A DNA stretch of 64,000 nucleotides, taken from Candidatus Latescibacterota bacterium (GTDB taxonomy: Bacteria > Latescibacterota > UBA2968). The stretch spans positions 2,720,001 through 2,784,000 of the forward strand of contig OZ241986.1 of assembly GCA_965204375.1 (NCBI GenBank), read 5' to 3'. The notes under the pieces were generated by a model that saw nothing but the letters and a program-made list of their open reading frames with translations, made no database searches and was not told the origin of the DNA. The position numbers were made by a program, and so were the translations under genes. Of the stretch, positions 39,215 through 49,024 are shown piece by piece. The stretch's first letter is position 1, and each line of letters begins with the position of its first letter.

Positions 39215-39340
39215 TCAGAAGCTGAGAACACTATAAACCAGAGTAATCGCAAAAATCACGCCTATAATGCCCATGGCGACTTTGAATTGTAAGCTGATTC
39301 TATCCTCTTCCCGGTCGCGCAATTCGTTGAAAGTCTGCAT
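39215..39340 (-). CDS. 41-aa single-TM small protein (MQTFNELRDREEDRISLQFKVAMGIIGVIFAITLVYSVLSF)
   Basis: Translated by hand. RBS GGGGGAG, upstream TTGACT..TATTAT promoter and downstream terminator. Confidence 0.7.
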   Translation of the reverse strand: MQTFNELRDREEDRISLQFKVAMGIIGVIFAITLVYSVLSF

Positions 39341-39497
39341 GGCTCTCCCCCTTTGAGTAGTGCGGACGGATATGTTCTGTATAAATAATACTAATTTTTT
39401 ATATTAAGTCAATAGACAAAATACGACTCTTGACAATTTATACAGATGAATCTATCGTTTGCAGTAGCTTTTGTATGGATGTCATACTCGGAGAAAT

Positions 39498-40478
39498 ATG
39501 CCAATGAAGTGGGTGGTCGTGACTGTAACTGTTATAGTGGCACTCGCAATTGTGGGTGCGCTGGGCGTTGCCTACCATCTGAAGACCAATTTTCCCAAAG
39601 CCGATCCGCCTTATAATATTCGCGTATCGGGAACACCCGAACAGGTCGCACGGGGACGTTATTTAGCCAATCACGTCACAGTATGTCTCGAATGCCATTC
39701 AACGCGGGATTGGGTGCATTATTCTGCGCCACCGCTACCGGGCACCGAGGGTAAAGGTGGCGAGGTATTTCCCGAAACAGCGGGATTTCCAGGCACCTTG
39801 ATCGCACCCAATATTACACCGGCAGCTCTGGGAGATTGGACAGATGGCGAAATCATTCGGGCTTTTACCAGCGGCGTAAATAAAAACGGCGACCCACTTT
39901 TTCCACTGATGCCCTATCGCGCATATCGAAATCTCATGCCGGCAGATATTGACGCCATTGTCGCTTATGTGCGTACCCTATCTCCCATTGATCATATCCC
40001 GCCGCGGTCCAAATTGAATTTTCCCATGAACCTGCTCGTACGCACAATGCCAGAACCCTATAAACTCCCCAAATCGGTTGATCGTTCAGACCCCGTTGCT
40101 TATGGCGAGTATTTGGCGACCATTGCCGGATGTGCCACTTGCCATACGCCTCATAATCAACAGAGAGAGCCAGTTGAAGACATGCAATTCGCCGGGGGAT
40201 TTCAATTCCGATTGCCCAGTGGCAAAACCGTGCAATCGGCCAATATTACACCCGACCCAGAAACGGGAATTGGGCATTGGAAAAAAGAGTACTTCATCGG
40301 GCGTTTCAGACAATTTGCCGGGGAAAACGCAAAACACATCCTATTGCAGGATGGCATGAACAGCGTGATGCCCTGGACAATGTACGCGGGCATGACAGAC
40401 GAAGACCTCAGCGCCATATACGACTATCTGCAAACCGTCGCGCCGATCCGAAATGCCGTCGAACGGTTTGTGGAATAA
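39498..40478 (+). CDS. Membrane-anchored diheme cytochrome c
   Basis: N-terminal TM segment, CLECH and CATCH, repeated (P/A)NITP and MP motifs. TTGACA at 39430. Confidence 0.9.
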   Translation: MPMKWVVVTVTVIVALAIVGALGVAYHLKTNFPKADPPYNIRVSGTPEQVARGRYLANHVTVCLECHSTRDWVHYSAPPLPGTEGKGGEVFPETAGFPGTLIAPNITPAALGDWTDGEIIRAFTSGVNKNGDPLFPLMPYRAYRNLMPADIDAIVAYVRTLSPIDHIPPRSKLNFPMNLLVRTMPEPYKLPKSVDRSDPVAYGEYLATIAGCATCHTPHNQQREPVEDMQFAGGFQFRLPSGKTVQSANITPDPETGIGHWKKEYFIGRFRQFAGENAKHILLQDGMNSVMPWTMYAGMTDEDLSAIYDYLQTVAPIRNAVERFVE

Positions 40479-40491
40479 TAAAGAGGAAAAT

Positions 40492-41268
40492 ATGGAATCA
40501 GGTTCCGGAGCATTTAATTTTGATCGCGTCAAAGTATGGTATCATTGCCCTCAAGACCATCTTGCCGACCTGCCAGTGGTATTTGCCCTGCACGGTGCCT
40601 CGCGCAATGCCAGCACCTATCGCGACACCTGGGCCAGCCATGCCGATATGTACGGATTTCTATTATTGGCCCCGGAATTTTCACAGGAGAATTATCCAGA
40701 TGAAACAACGTTTAACCTCGGCAATGTATTTGCCGAAGATGGCACGCGAAATGCCATGGCCGATTGGTCCTTTCAAATAATTGAAGGCATTTTTGATCAC
40801 GTCAAAAAACGAGTGGGACTCCGGGCATCGTCCTATGGATTTTATGGACATTCGGCGGGCAGCCAGTTTGTACACCGATTTTTGTACTTCATGCCTCAGT
40901 CACATGCACATATCTTTATAGCGGCCAACGCCGGATGGTACACCATGCCCACATTCGAACAAACCTATCCCTATGGACTGGCCGGATCGGGTCTGACTGT
41001 CGCGGATTTGAAACGGTCACTAAACCAGCGAGTTGTGGTACTCCTGGGTACTGATGATGTAGATGTAAACCACCCCAAATTGAGGCGCACACCACAGGCG
41101 ATGACGCAGGGCGCACACCGCTTTGAGCGCGGTCACACATTTTTTGAAACGGCAAAACGAGAAGCCGAATCACTCAATGTGTCGTTCAACTGGCAGTTGG
41201 ACACAGTGCCCAACGTGGGACACAACAATGCGGGAATGGCAAAAGTGGGCATTGCGTATTTGGTGTGA
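40492..41268 (+). CDS. Alpha/beta hydrolase
   Basis: LHGASRN, GHSAGSQFVHR, ANAGWY, RFERG and VGH. Confidence 0.82.
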   Translation: MESGSGAFNFDRVKVWYHCPQDHLADLPVVFALHGASRNASTYRDTWASHADMYGFLLLAPEFSQENYPDETTFNLGNVFAEDGTRNAMADWSFQIIEGIFDHVKKRVGLRASSYGFYGHSAGSQFVHRFLYFMPQSHAHIFIAANAGWYTMPTFEQTYPYGLAGSGLTVADLKRSLNQRVVVLLGTDDVDVNHPKLRRTPQAMTQGAHRFERGHTFFETAKREAESLNVSFNWQLDTVPNVGHNNAGMAKVGIAYLV

Positions 41269-41322
41269 TCCGCAGATGAACGCAGATAAAAAAGGGGGCT
41301 GGAGACTGGACAGGCTGACCAC

Positions 41323-41361
41323 AAAAAAAGAATGGCCGCGATCCCTGTTATCGCGGCCATT
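41323..41361 (-). terminator. Intrinsic terminator
   Basis: 12-bp stem AATGGCCGCGAT/ATCGCGGCCATT followed by CTTTTTTT on the minus strand. Confidence 0.88.
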
Positions 41362-41668
41362 TATGTACTACAAGCCATGGAACCTCCTATGTCAGACGAT
41401 CGGGGGAGAGGTCCTAACACCCGACCGCTGGATACAGATTGGTGGCATAGTAACCTCCTCTTGTGAGTATCGCGGCCCGTCATGCCCACTCGCGGTCCGA
41501 TGAACTCTCTATGCCCTGTATGTTTGCGCGAAGGTCTAAAGAACGGTATCCAAGTCGGGTTACCGAATGGTGGTAACGAGTCCGACGCAAAAAAAGACCA
41601 GATGTAAAAACACACGGGCGAGAACCCTTTCGAGCGGAATGCCGCCTGACGATTCATATCGCCTGTCA
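41323..41668 (-). ncRNA. Candidate structured RNA (~350 nt), family unassigned
   Basis: Own promoter and terminator, many long complementary segments, no convincing protein. Confidence 0.55.
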
Positions 41669-41674
41669 ATGTAG

Positions 41675-41704
41675 AATATAACCCGATAAATTGTGGGATG
41701 TCAA
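41675..41704 (-). promoter_or_regulatory. Sigma70-type promoter
   Basis: TTGACA-N18-TATATT on the minus strand. Confidence 0.7.
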
Positions 41705-41814
41705 GAGCCAATTTGAAACTTTTTTATAGGCATCTTTAGATAAATTTATATACTATATATCAGTGTCCAATCCGCGCTAATCATTTTAGCGCCATAGAAC
41801 AGGAGAACGCAGAT

Positions 41815-43410
41815 ATGGGATATGGCAAACGAGAAAATCCGAAATTGTTTAACGACGAGCAAATGCGTCAATATATCGCAGACGGATACGTGGTTTTTAA
41901 ACCAGATGTGCCCGATGACCTGCACGAGACAATTCGCCGAAAACTGCAATTTATGGTCGATGAAGAATTCAATTACGGCAACAATGTGCTACCCCGCGTA
42001 CCCGAGATGGACCGCATCTTGAACAGCCCAGAAGTGCGGGGCGCGCTCATCAGCGTACTCGGCCCGGGATATATTGAACACCCGCATCGATTTTGTCACT
42101 ACATCTCGCCCAACGCAACACAAAGAACACTCGCCCAAAATTGTCATCAAGATTCTTACACCCCCCTGGGACGCCCGCGCCAGCACTACCCGCGCTTTGC
42201 GCGCATCATGTACTATCCGCAGGATTCACCCGTTGAAATCGGTCCCACACACGCGATACCCGGCACGCAGTATCACAGGCGATTGACCGATAAAGACCGC
42301 CAGAACGCCATACCAATAGCCGGTAAAGCCGGCACAGTATCCATCACACATTTTGATATAGGACACGCCGCAGGCATCAATGCCCTTCGCCAACCCCGGC
42401 ACATGATCAAATTCATATACGTGCGCGCGGAAGAACCGACCGAACCCTCGTGGGATTGTCGTGATCATATCTGGCGAAATCCCGAAACATACAAAACACC
42501 GCAGGATCTGCACCTCGTCTGGTCACATATATGGGATTGGCTCTGTGGCAAAAAGAATCGATACGAAAGTTTTCGCACATCAGCCCCCGCAACTTGCAGA
42601 TTGGAAGACCTGCATCACGACAACCTGGACAAACAACTCGCAGCCATGCATTCAATAGCCGCAACAAAAAATACCGATGCAATTTCAGCACTGATTCAAA
42701 AGCTCAATACCGACGATCAGTGGACGCGCCTCACAGCTATATATACCCTCGGCGCAATAGGCCAACCCGCAGTACAGCCTCTGATAGAAGCACTCTTAGA
42801 CGCCGCTATGCATCAAGACGAAGACCCCGTACCCACATCGTGGAACGAAGGCGCCATCTCGATGGAAGATGCCGCCCATGCACTTGTTGCCATCGGCACA
42901 CCTTCACTAAACGCGCTGATTAAATTACTGAACAACTCAAGCGAATGGGCACGCATCAACGCGGCCTTCGCGCTCGGTGAAATGGATTCTCTGGCGACAC
43001 AAGCCGTACCTGCACTCACACGCTGTCTGGACGATGCGTCTCACTGCGTTGTGCGAACAGCCACAGATTCACTGGGCAGCATTCGGCAAAACAGCGAAGA
43101 ATTTGTACCCGTACTCGATCGACTGCTTAAAGTGGGACGCCCCGAATGGCAAATGCCCGACCGACGCGACTGGACGCCCTACGATCAGGTCCGCGTCAAC
43201 GCCGCAATGGTATTTACGCGCCTGGGCAAAGAAGCCGCACCTGCCGAAGCCCTTTTGCTCGACACATTATCCGACCCCAACGGTCACGTCGCTGCATTTG
43301 CCTTAGAGGCACTGCGGCGGATAGGCACGCCTTCGGCAATGGATGGCGTCATGGAATATCTCATGACGCGACGGTGGGATGAAAGCATTGAGAAAGGAAG
43401 AGTGTTTTGA
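41815..43410 (+). CDS. PhyH-like dioxygenase fused to HEAT repeats
   Basis: HQD, GPTHAIPGTQ and H(AAG), followed by repeats such as RLTAIYTLGAIG and RINAAFALGEM. Confidence 0.82.
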   Translation: MGYGKRENPKLFNDEQMRQYIADGYVVFKPDVPDDLHETIRRKLQFMVDEEFNYGNNVLPRVPEMDRILNSPEVRGALISVLGPGYIEHPHRFCHYISPNATQRTLAQNCHQDSYTPLGRPRQHYPRFARIMYYPQDSPVEIGPTHAIPGTQYHRRLTDKDRQNAIPIAGKAGTVSITHFDIGHAAGINALRQPRHMIKFIYVRAEEPTEPSWDCRDHIWRNPETYKTPQDLHLVWSHIWDWLCGKKNRYESFRTSAPATCRLEDLHHDNLDKQLAAMHSIAATKNTDAISALIQKLNTDDQWTRLTAIYTLGAIGQPAVQPLIEALLDAAMHQDEDPVPTSWNEGAISMEDAAHALVAIGTPSLNALIKLLNNSSEWARINAAFALGEMDSLATQAVPALTRCLDDASHCVVRTATDSLGSIRQNSEEFVPVLDRLLKVGRPEWQMPDRRDWTPYDQVRVNAAMVFTRLGKEAAPAEALLLDTLSDPNGHVAAFALEALRRIGTPSAMDGVMEYLMTRRWDESIEKGRVF

Positions 43411-44657
43411 ACATACGACACCTGATTTCAACGCAGGGATCGGACCGCGGAACCGGATATAACATGAGCGGAAAACTGATTCGGCGCGATGGCAAATTAT
43501 TCATCGGATGGCTGGATGCACCTTCAGAAAAGGGCACACAGGCGCGGATCATGATAGGCGTATGCGACGAAATATCGGGCGAGATGCACCGGGCATTTCA
43601 AATAGGCGAAGGCATTGACAACCACTGTGGCCCCGCCATGGTACTGGACGGCAACGGACGATTGCACGCCCTCGTCGGAGCGCATCACGGACCATTTTTT
43701 TATCGATGGTCAGACAACCCAGAAGACCCGAATACCTGGAGTGAGCCAGAAGCACTGGGCAAATTGGGCACATATCCCAGTTTCGCAGTGGATCAGCACG
43801 GCACACTTCACCTATCGCATCGCGAGAGCGGGGACAGATGGGCCATGTGGTACCGGAGAAAAAAAGCAACTCAGAACTGGGAACCACCGCACGCAATAGC
43901 CGTCAGCCCGGTCGCGGGATACAATCATTTCATGCAATCTCTGACCACGGGACCAGGCGGAACTCTACATCTGGTATTTCAATTTCACTTTGCAGAATCT
44001 GGACATGCAGCAGATTGCCGGGGACGCGCAGCGGTACATGCGTATTCAGAAGACAGCGGCGACACGTGGTTCAACGAAGGCGCGCGCATTGAAGCCCCAT
44101 TGACAATGGAAACAATGCGAGCCATTTGTTATGACCCGCAGGGCGGAGATGGTCAGCACAGCGTGCGCGTGGGCAATCACGTCGTAGATGAAAACAATCA
44201 ACCGTGGTTCTTCTGCTCATATCCCGGATATCAAAGCGGCGTATTGTGGCATCGCAGCGACGAGGGGTGGGAGCCTGTAGATCTATCCCCGGTCCTCGAT
44301 GGCTTAAATATGGAAGGCGGACGCGCGACATCGCTATCCCGAGACCACAAAGGCAGATTGCACTTTGCATTCGCAACACATCCGCACAAAAAGCGGTGTG
44401 AATGGTTCTGCCCCGAACTGGAATTATTCCATGCAATACTCGACGAAAAAGGCGGGTTGATTTCCTTAGACCAACTTACCGAAACCGACAACGCGGCAGC
44501 GAATTGGTTACCCGCACTGGAACAATGGGACTGGACGCGACCCGGTCAACGGTTTGACAATGGTCACTGGATGATGTACACACGCGGCTTAAATGCCGGT
44601 GGCATTGGCGGCGACAACAAAAGCGCGTTGAAGACAGAAATTTATTTGACCCGATGA
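43407..44657 (+). CDS. BNR-4 repeat/sialidase-like propeller protein
   Basis: DNHCGPA, GAHHG, TYP and Asp-box SEDSGDTW. Confidence 0.7.
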   Translation: MNIRHLISTQGSDRGTGYNMSGKLIRRDGKLFIGWLDAPSEKGTQARIMIGVCDEISGEMHRAFQIGEGIDNHCGPAMVLDGNGRLHALVGAHHGPFFYRWSDNPEDPNTWSEPEALGKLGTYPSFAVDQHGTLHLSHRESGDRWAMWYRRKKATQNWEPPHAIAVSPVAGYNHFMQSLTTGPGGTLHLVFQFHFAESGHAADCRGRAAVHAYSEDSGDTWFNEGARIEAPLTMETMRAICYDPQGGDGQHSVRVGNHVVDENNQPWFFCSYPGYQSGVLWHRSDEGWEPVDLSPVLDGLNMEGGRATSLSRDHKGRLHFAFATHPHKKRCEWFCPELELFHAILDEKGGLISLDQLTETDNAAANWLPALEQWDWTRPGQRFDNGHWMMYTRGLNAGGIGGDNKSALKTEIYLTR

Positions 44658-44700
44658 ATTGATCAAATCCTTTCTGCTGAACCTCCAATAATAAAAAAAG

Positions 44701-44763
44701 TTGACAAGCGAGATCATTTACTTTATTTTCTTGAGTAACTCTAAAAAATAGAGAACTCTAAAA
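44701..44763 (+). promoter_or_regulatory. Sigma70 promoter plus putative operator
   Basis: TTGACA-17-TATTTT. AACTCTAAAA occurs at 44737 and 44754, with inverted CTCTA-N5-TAGAG. Confidence 0.6.
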
Positions 44764-44783
44764 TCCATCAAAGGAGGAACCAA

Positions 44784-45353
44784 ATGCAATCCACGCAAAA
44801 ATTTGAAGAGGACGTAGCCTTTGTCCGCGAGGCTGTTGAAAAGCGCGATAGGAGACAATACAACTCCATTGCCATAGTCGTGCTCTGGGCCATCATCCTC
44901 ACCGCCGGTTATATAGTCAACGATTTTCGTCCCCAAGTGAGCCACCTCTATTGGCCCATCGCGACCTCTGTCGGATTTCTGATCAGCATCTGGATCGGCG
45001 TGCGGGCAAAGCGGGTGGAAGGCGTCGCAAAACGCAGCGAAGGGGCTAAGCACACCCTGCATTGGGGCAGTTTGTTTTTTACGATTGCCGCTATTGTGTT
45101 CATCGCACTGCGACACGGCCTGGATGGCTGGGTGATGGGCCAGTTCATTACTCTAATCTCTGGTGTCACCTGGTACCTGGGCGGTCTGCATCTGGACCGT
45201 CGCTTTCTTTTGCCCGGCGTTGTATGCATCGTGAGCGCCCCTGCTGTTGACTATCTCGCTCCCTACCCCTGGACCATGGCCGGCCTGGCCATCGCCGCCA
45301 GCCTGATCATCAGTGCCCTATGGATGAAACCTCATGAAAAAAGCACTGTCTAA
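44784..45353 (+). CDS. Integral membrane protein (~6 TM)
   Basis: Hydrophobic segments, RBS AGGAGG, overlaps the wHTH gene. Confidence 0.75.
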   Translation: MQSTQKFEEDVAFVREAVEKRDRRQYNSIAIVVLWAIILTAGYIVNDFRPQVSHLYWPIATSVGFLISIWIGVRAKRVEGVAKRSEGAKHTLHWGSLFFTIAAIVFIALRHGLDGWVMGQFITLISGVTWYLGGLHLDRRFLLPGVVCIVSAPAVDYLAPYPWTMAGLAIAASLIISALWMKPHEKSTV

Positions 45354-45660
45354 CACCTCCGATAGTCTTGCCCAACTGGACAAACTGCTGGAACACCGGT
45401 CTCGGCTCGGCGCCTGTGTACTCCTCGCCGACACCGATGCCATGACCTTTACCAGCTTGAAACAATTGCTAAAAGAAACCGACGGCAACATGGGCGCGCA
45501 CATGCGAAAACTGGAAGACATGGGCTACGTCGATGTTGACAAGCGATTCGAAAACCGAAAACCAGTCACCTGGTACAGCCTCACGAAAAAAGGCCGCAGG
45601 TCTTTAACCACACACTTAAAAGCCCTGCAAACCGTAATCCAGAGTGCTGGCATTGACTGA
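45334..45660 (+). CDS. Winged-helix transcriptional regulator (HTH_34/MarR-like)
   Basis: RL..MTFTSLK..TDGNMGAHMRKLE..GYV..KPVTWYSLT..G. Confidence 0.88.
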   Translation: MKKALSNTSDSLAQLDKLLEHRSRLGACVLLADTDAMTFTSLKQLLKETDGNMGAHMRKLEDMGYVDVDKRFENRKPVTWYSLTKKGRRSLTTHLKALQTVIQSAGID

Positions 45661-45763
45661 CAGGTATATACAAAACATGAAACATATCCCCCAGTAGGCG
45701 CATCGTAGTTGGAAAATCTTTTTCTCAACCGCTATAGCTGATACCCAAATAACAAAAAAGAAC

Positions 45764-47998
45764 ATGAAACACATCTCCTCATCCACAACACAATGGGCAA
45801 AGATCCTTCTTCTTCTATCTTTCGCTATGCCCGCTCTTGCACAGAATCACGCCTTTATTCAGGGCCAGGTAATCGACGAAACAGATCGCCCAGTAGCCTA
45901 TGTCAACGTGCAAATCACGGGCACAATTGACGGCGCAATCACCGACCGCGACGGCCGCTTTGCCTTCTCCACGCAGCACATGGGCAAATGCAAATTGCAC
46001 GCATCCTTCATCGGCTATGAGCCCGCTCAGCAGACCCTGCATCTAACGCCCGGCGATACCACAACCGTTCGCCTCATCCTGCGCCTCGCCCTCATCGAAC
46101 TCGACGAAACCATCGTCACGGGAAGCACCTATACCACTGGGGAAGACGAAACTGTAACCCTCTCCCCCCTGGACGTCGTAACAACACCCGGTGCTTCTGC
46201 CGATATATTCCGCGCATTCAAAACCTTCCCCGGCGTTGCAACTGTTGACGACGGCGCCGGCCTCTTTGTTCGCGGAGGCGACGTAAGCGAAACCGTCATA
46301 TTACTCGGACAAGCCACAGTCGTGCATCCCTACAAATACGAATCGCCCACCGGCGGCGTCTTCGGCACCATCTCTCCCTTTATGGTACAGGGCACGGTCT
46401 TCTCCACAGGCGGATTTCCCGCGCGCTATGGCAACGCGCTTTCCGCAGTCCTGTCCATGGAAACTCAGAACATGCCCGTGCAGAAAAGCTATACATTCAA
46501 CCTGGGCCTCGCCGCTGGCTCTCTCGGCCTCGACCTGCCCCTTATGTCCGACAAATTGGGTGTACGCTTCACCGGCAACCTCAGCTTTACCGATCTCTTA
46601 TTTCGCGTCAACCGCCACAGCAGCGCATTCACCACCACGCCGCGCGGACACGATGGCAACCTCAATCTGATCTACCAGTACTCGCCGACCGGCCGCCTCA
46701 AATTCTTCAGCTTCAACGCGAGTGACCGACTGGGCGTGCGCGTCACAGAACCCTCTTTTGACGGCATTTACAAAGGCAGTTCCAACAGCGCGTTGCACAA
46801 CCTCGAGTGGATGGACGTATTTGCCAATTGGATCATGGAGACCAGTGCCTCGCTCAACCACCACACAGCGCGAAAACAATTGGGCAATCTGGACTTCTCG
46901 CCCCGCGACCTGACCCTCAAACTTCGCACCGATATAGAACGCGCCCTCACCTCATCCGCGTTCTTGCGCCTCGGCGGAGAAATCGAACACACGGATAACC
47001 GACTCGTAGGCAGCATTCCTCAAGGCGATATATTCGATCCCCAGGCAGAGATCTTTGAACTCGACACATCCTATGGTGCCCGGCGTGCGGGTGCCTACTT
47101 TGAAATCGACCTTGAACCTGCCCGCCGCATCGCCGTCAATCTCGGCACACGTGCCGACCATCACAACCTGAGCGACCAGTTTGCCATAGACCCACGCATA
47201 TCTGCGCGCTACCAGATCACCAAACACACAGACGCACGTCTCGCCTGGGGCATCTATCACCAATTCCCCGACCCATCCAAATACAATCCCACCAGCGGCA
47301 ATCCCAGGCTAAGACCTCAACGCGCACAACACAGAATCATAGGTCTACACCACGAACGAGACCAGTTCATGATGCGCCTGGAGGCATACCACAAACCCTA
47401 TTACAACCTCGTACTGGACCATCCCGACCTGAACCTCGCAAACAACGGCAAAGGCCATGCCTCTGGCCTGGACCTCTTCCTCAAACACGGCGATTTCCTC
47501 AGCACGCGCTTCAGCGGTTGGATGGCCTACAGCCTGCTGAGATCGCGCCGCTTGCAGGTGCGCCACATCGGATCAGAGATGCACTACGAAGAAGCGCCAT
47601 CGCCTTATGACATCACGCACAACCTGACACTCGTTGCAAAAATGCGGCTCATAGACGACCTCAGCGGCGGCCTGACCGTGAAATATGCCACGGGTCGCCC
47701 CATCACCCCAATCGTGGGCGCAGTTCCCGTAGCAGGCCAGAACTACTACCTGCCCATTGAAGGACCCATCGGCTCAGAACGGCTGCCATCCTTTCGGCAA
47801 GTGGATGGGCAACTGAGCTATTTGCTACCCTTTGGCGCGAATCACCAGATCATCTTCTATTTGGCGATCAACAACCTGCTCAATCGCGCCAATGTACTCG
47901 ACTACGACTACTCTATAGACTACAGCCAACGCCAGCCCCGCACCACCACCTTTCGCCGATCCATTTACTTCGGTGCAACCGTCACCTTAAACCCGTAA
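45764..47998 (+). CDS. TonB-dependent receptor
   Basis: Signal peptide, carboxypeptidase-regulatory-like domain, plug (PGV..VRGG..STGGFPARYG) and NNLLN near the C-terminus. Confidence 0.88.
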   Translation: MKHISSSTTQWAKILLLLSFAMPALAQNHAFIQGQVIDETDRPVAYVNVQITGTIDGAITDRDGRFAFSTQHMGKCKLHASFIGYEPAQQTLHLTPGDTTTVRLILRLALIELDETIVTGSTYTTGEDETVTLSPLDVVTTPGASADIFRAFKTFPGVATVDDGAGLFVRGGDVSETVILLGQATVVHPYKYESPTGGVFGTISPFMVQGTVFSTGGFPARYGNALSAVLSMETQNMPVQKSYTFNLGLAAGSLGLDLPLMSDKLGVRFTGNLSFTDLLFRVNRHSSAFTTTPRGHDGNLNLIYQYSPTGRLKFFSFNASDRLGVRVTEPSFDGIYKGSSNSALHNLEWMDVFANWIMETSASLNHHTARKQLGNLDFSPRDLTLKLRTDIERALTSSAFLRLGGEIEHTDNRLVGSIPQGDIFDPQAEIFELDTSYGARRAGAYFEIDLEPARRIAVNLGTRADHHNLSDQFAIDPRISARYQITKHTDARLAWGIYHQFPDPSKYNPTSGNPRLRPQRAQHRIIGLHHERDQFMMRLEAYHKPYYNLVLDHPDLNLANNGKGHASGLDLFLKHGDFLSTRFSGWMAYSLLRSRRLQVRHIGSEMHYEEAPSPYDITHNLTLVAKMRLIDDLSGGLTVKYATGRPITPIVGAVPVAGQNYYLPIEGPIGSERLPSFRQVDGQLSYLLPFGANHQIIFYLAINNLLNRANVLDYDYSIDYSQRQPRTTTFRRSIYFGATVTLNP

Positions 47999-48014
47999 AC
48001 ACAGGAGAAAAACC

Positions 48015-48869
48015 ATGCAATACATTCTACTCGCACTCATCGTCTTCCTCATCATCTTCACCAAACTCGGATGTGCGGCTGCGCGGCAATCAGCCTCTGA
48101 GCAAAATTCCGGTCCGCCGACTATCAAATCTGACGAACCCGCACAACCCGCCGCCGATCTCCTCACCAGCGGCAAAAATATCCTTCAACAGGGCATAAAC
48201 GAGAACAATCTCGACGCCATGTACGCCGCCCGCGCGACATTTGAACGCGCTCTGGCTGATAAAAATCTATCGGTATGGAGCCATTACTACATCGCCCTCG
48301 CCGACTACCGCATCGCCAACTATCTCCTGACTCAAGGCAAAAAGAACAAAGACCGGGCCTCTAAGCACCTCAAAGAAGCGGCTGAACATTTGGAAGAAGC
48401 CACGCGCAAAGAAGTCACTGGAGATGATGCCAGAACAACCGCGGCCGAAATCTATGCACTGCTCTCAAGCGTATATGGACGGCAAATCAGCCTGAGTGGA
48501 ATCAAAGGCATGTTCCTTGGCCCCAAATCTGGCAATCTCTTAAAAAAAGCCGAACAACTCGCACCCGACAATCCGCGCGTGGTCCTGAACGCGGCCATCA
48601 GTGCTTTTAACACACCCAAAATGTGGGGTGGGAGCAAAGAGCGAGCGATGGAAGGATTCCAGCGCGCCGCAGAACTCTTTGCACGAGAAAAACCAACCGA
48701 TCCCATCCATCCCGTCTGGGGGCATAGCGAGACCTATGCCTGGCTGGGGATCGCATATATGGACCGCGATGAGGAAGATTCAGCACGAGCGGCTTTTGAA
48801 AAAGCGCTCGAGATTGATCCAGATAATGGCTGGGTCAAATATGAACTGTTGCCGAAAGTGTCAGAATAG
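48015..48869 (+). CDS. Exported tetratricopeptide-repeat protein
   Basis: Signal peptide, APDNPR, PKMWGG and AFEKALEIDPD. Confidence 0.8.
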   Translation: MQYILLALIVFLIIFTKLGCAAARQSASEQNSGPPTIKSDEPAQPAADLLTSGKNILQQGINENNLDAMYAARATFERALADKNLSVWSHYYIALADYRIANYLLTQGKKNKDRASKHLKEAAEHLEEATRKEVTGDDARTTAAEIYALLSSVYGRQISLSGIKGMFLGPKSGNLLKKAEQLAPDNPRVVLNAAISAFNTPKMWGGSKERAMEGFQRAAELFAREKPTDPIHPVWGHSETYAWLGIAYMDRDEEDSARAAFEKALEIDPDNGWVKYELLPKVSE

Positions 48870-48896
48870 TGAGAATCACACATTGTCAAAAAGAAT

Positions 48897-48929
48897 GACC
48901 GCGAGTCGAAATATCTCGCGGTCTTTTTT
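48897..48929 (+). terminator. Intrinsic terminator
   Basis: GACCGCGAG-N9-CTCGCGGTC-TTTTTT. Confidence 0.82.
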
Positions 48930-49024
48930 ATTAGAGAAATAGGTTGACAGTATCTTCAATAGCCTATTACATTTGATCTTTCTCAAACAGAAATGCCGAA
49001 AACCCAACTCATAAAGGAACGCAC

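Noticed and set aside
41480-41530. tmRNA-like tag reading ANIQGIESSSDREWA* on the minus strand
   Set aside because: There is no tRNA-like domain (acceptor stem, T-loop or CCA end), and the tag lacks the hydrophobic LAA-type ending.
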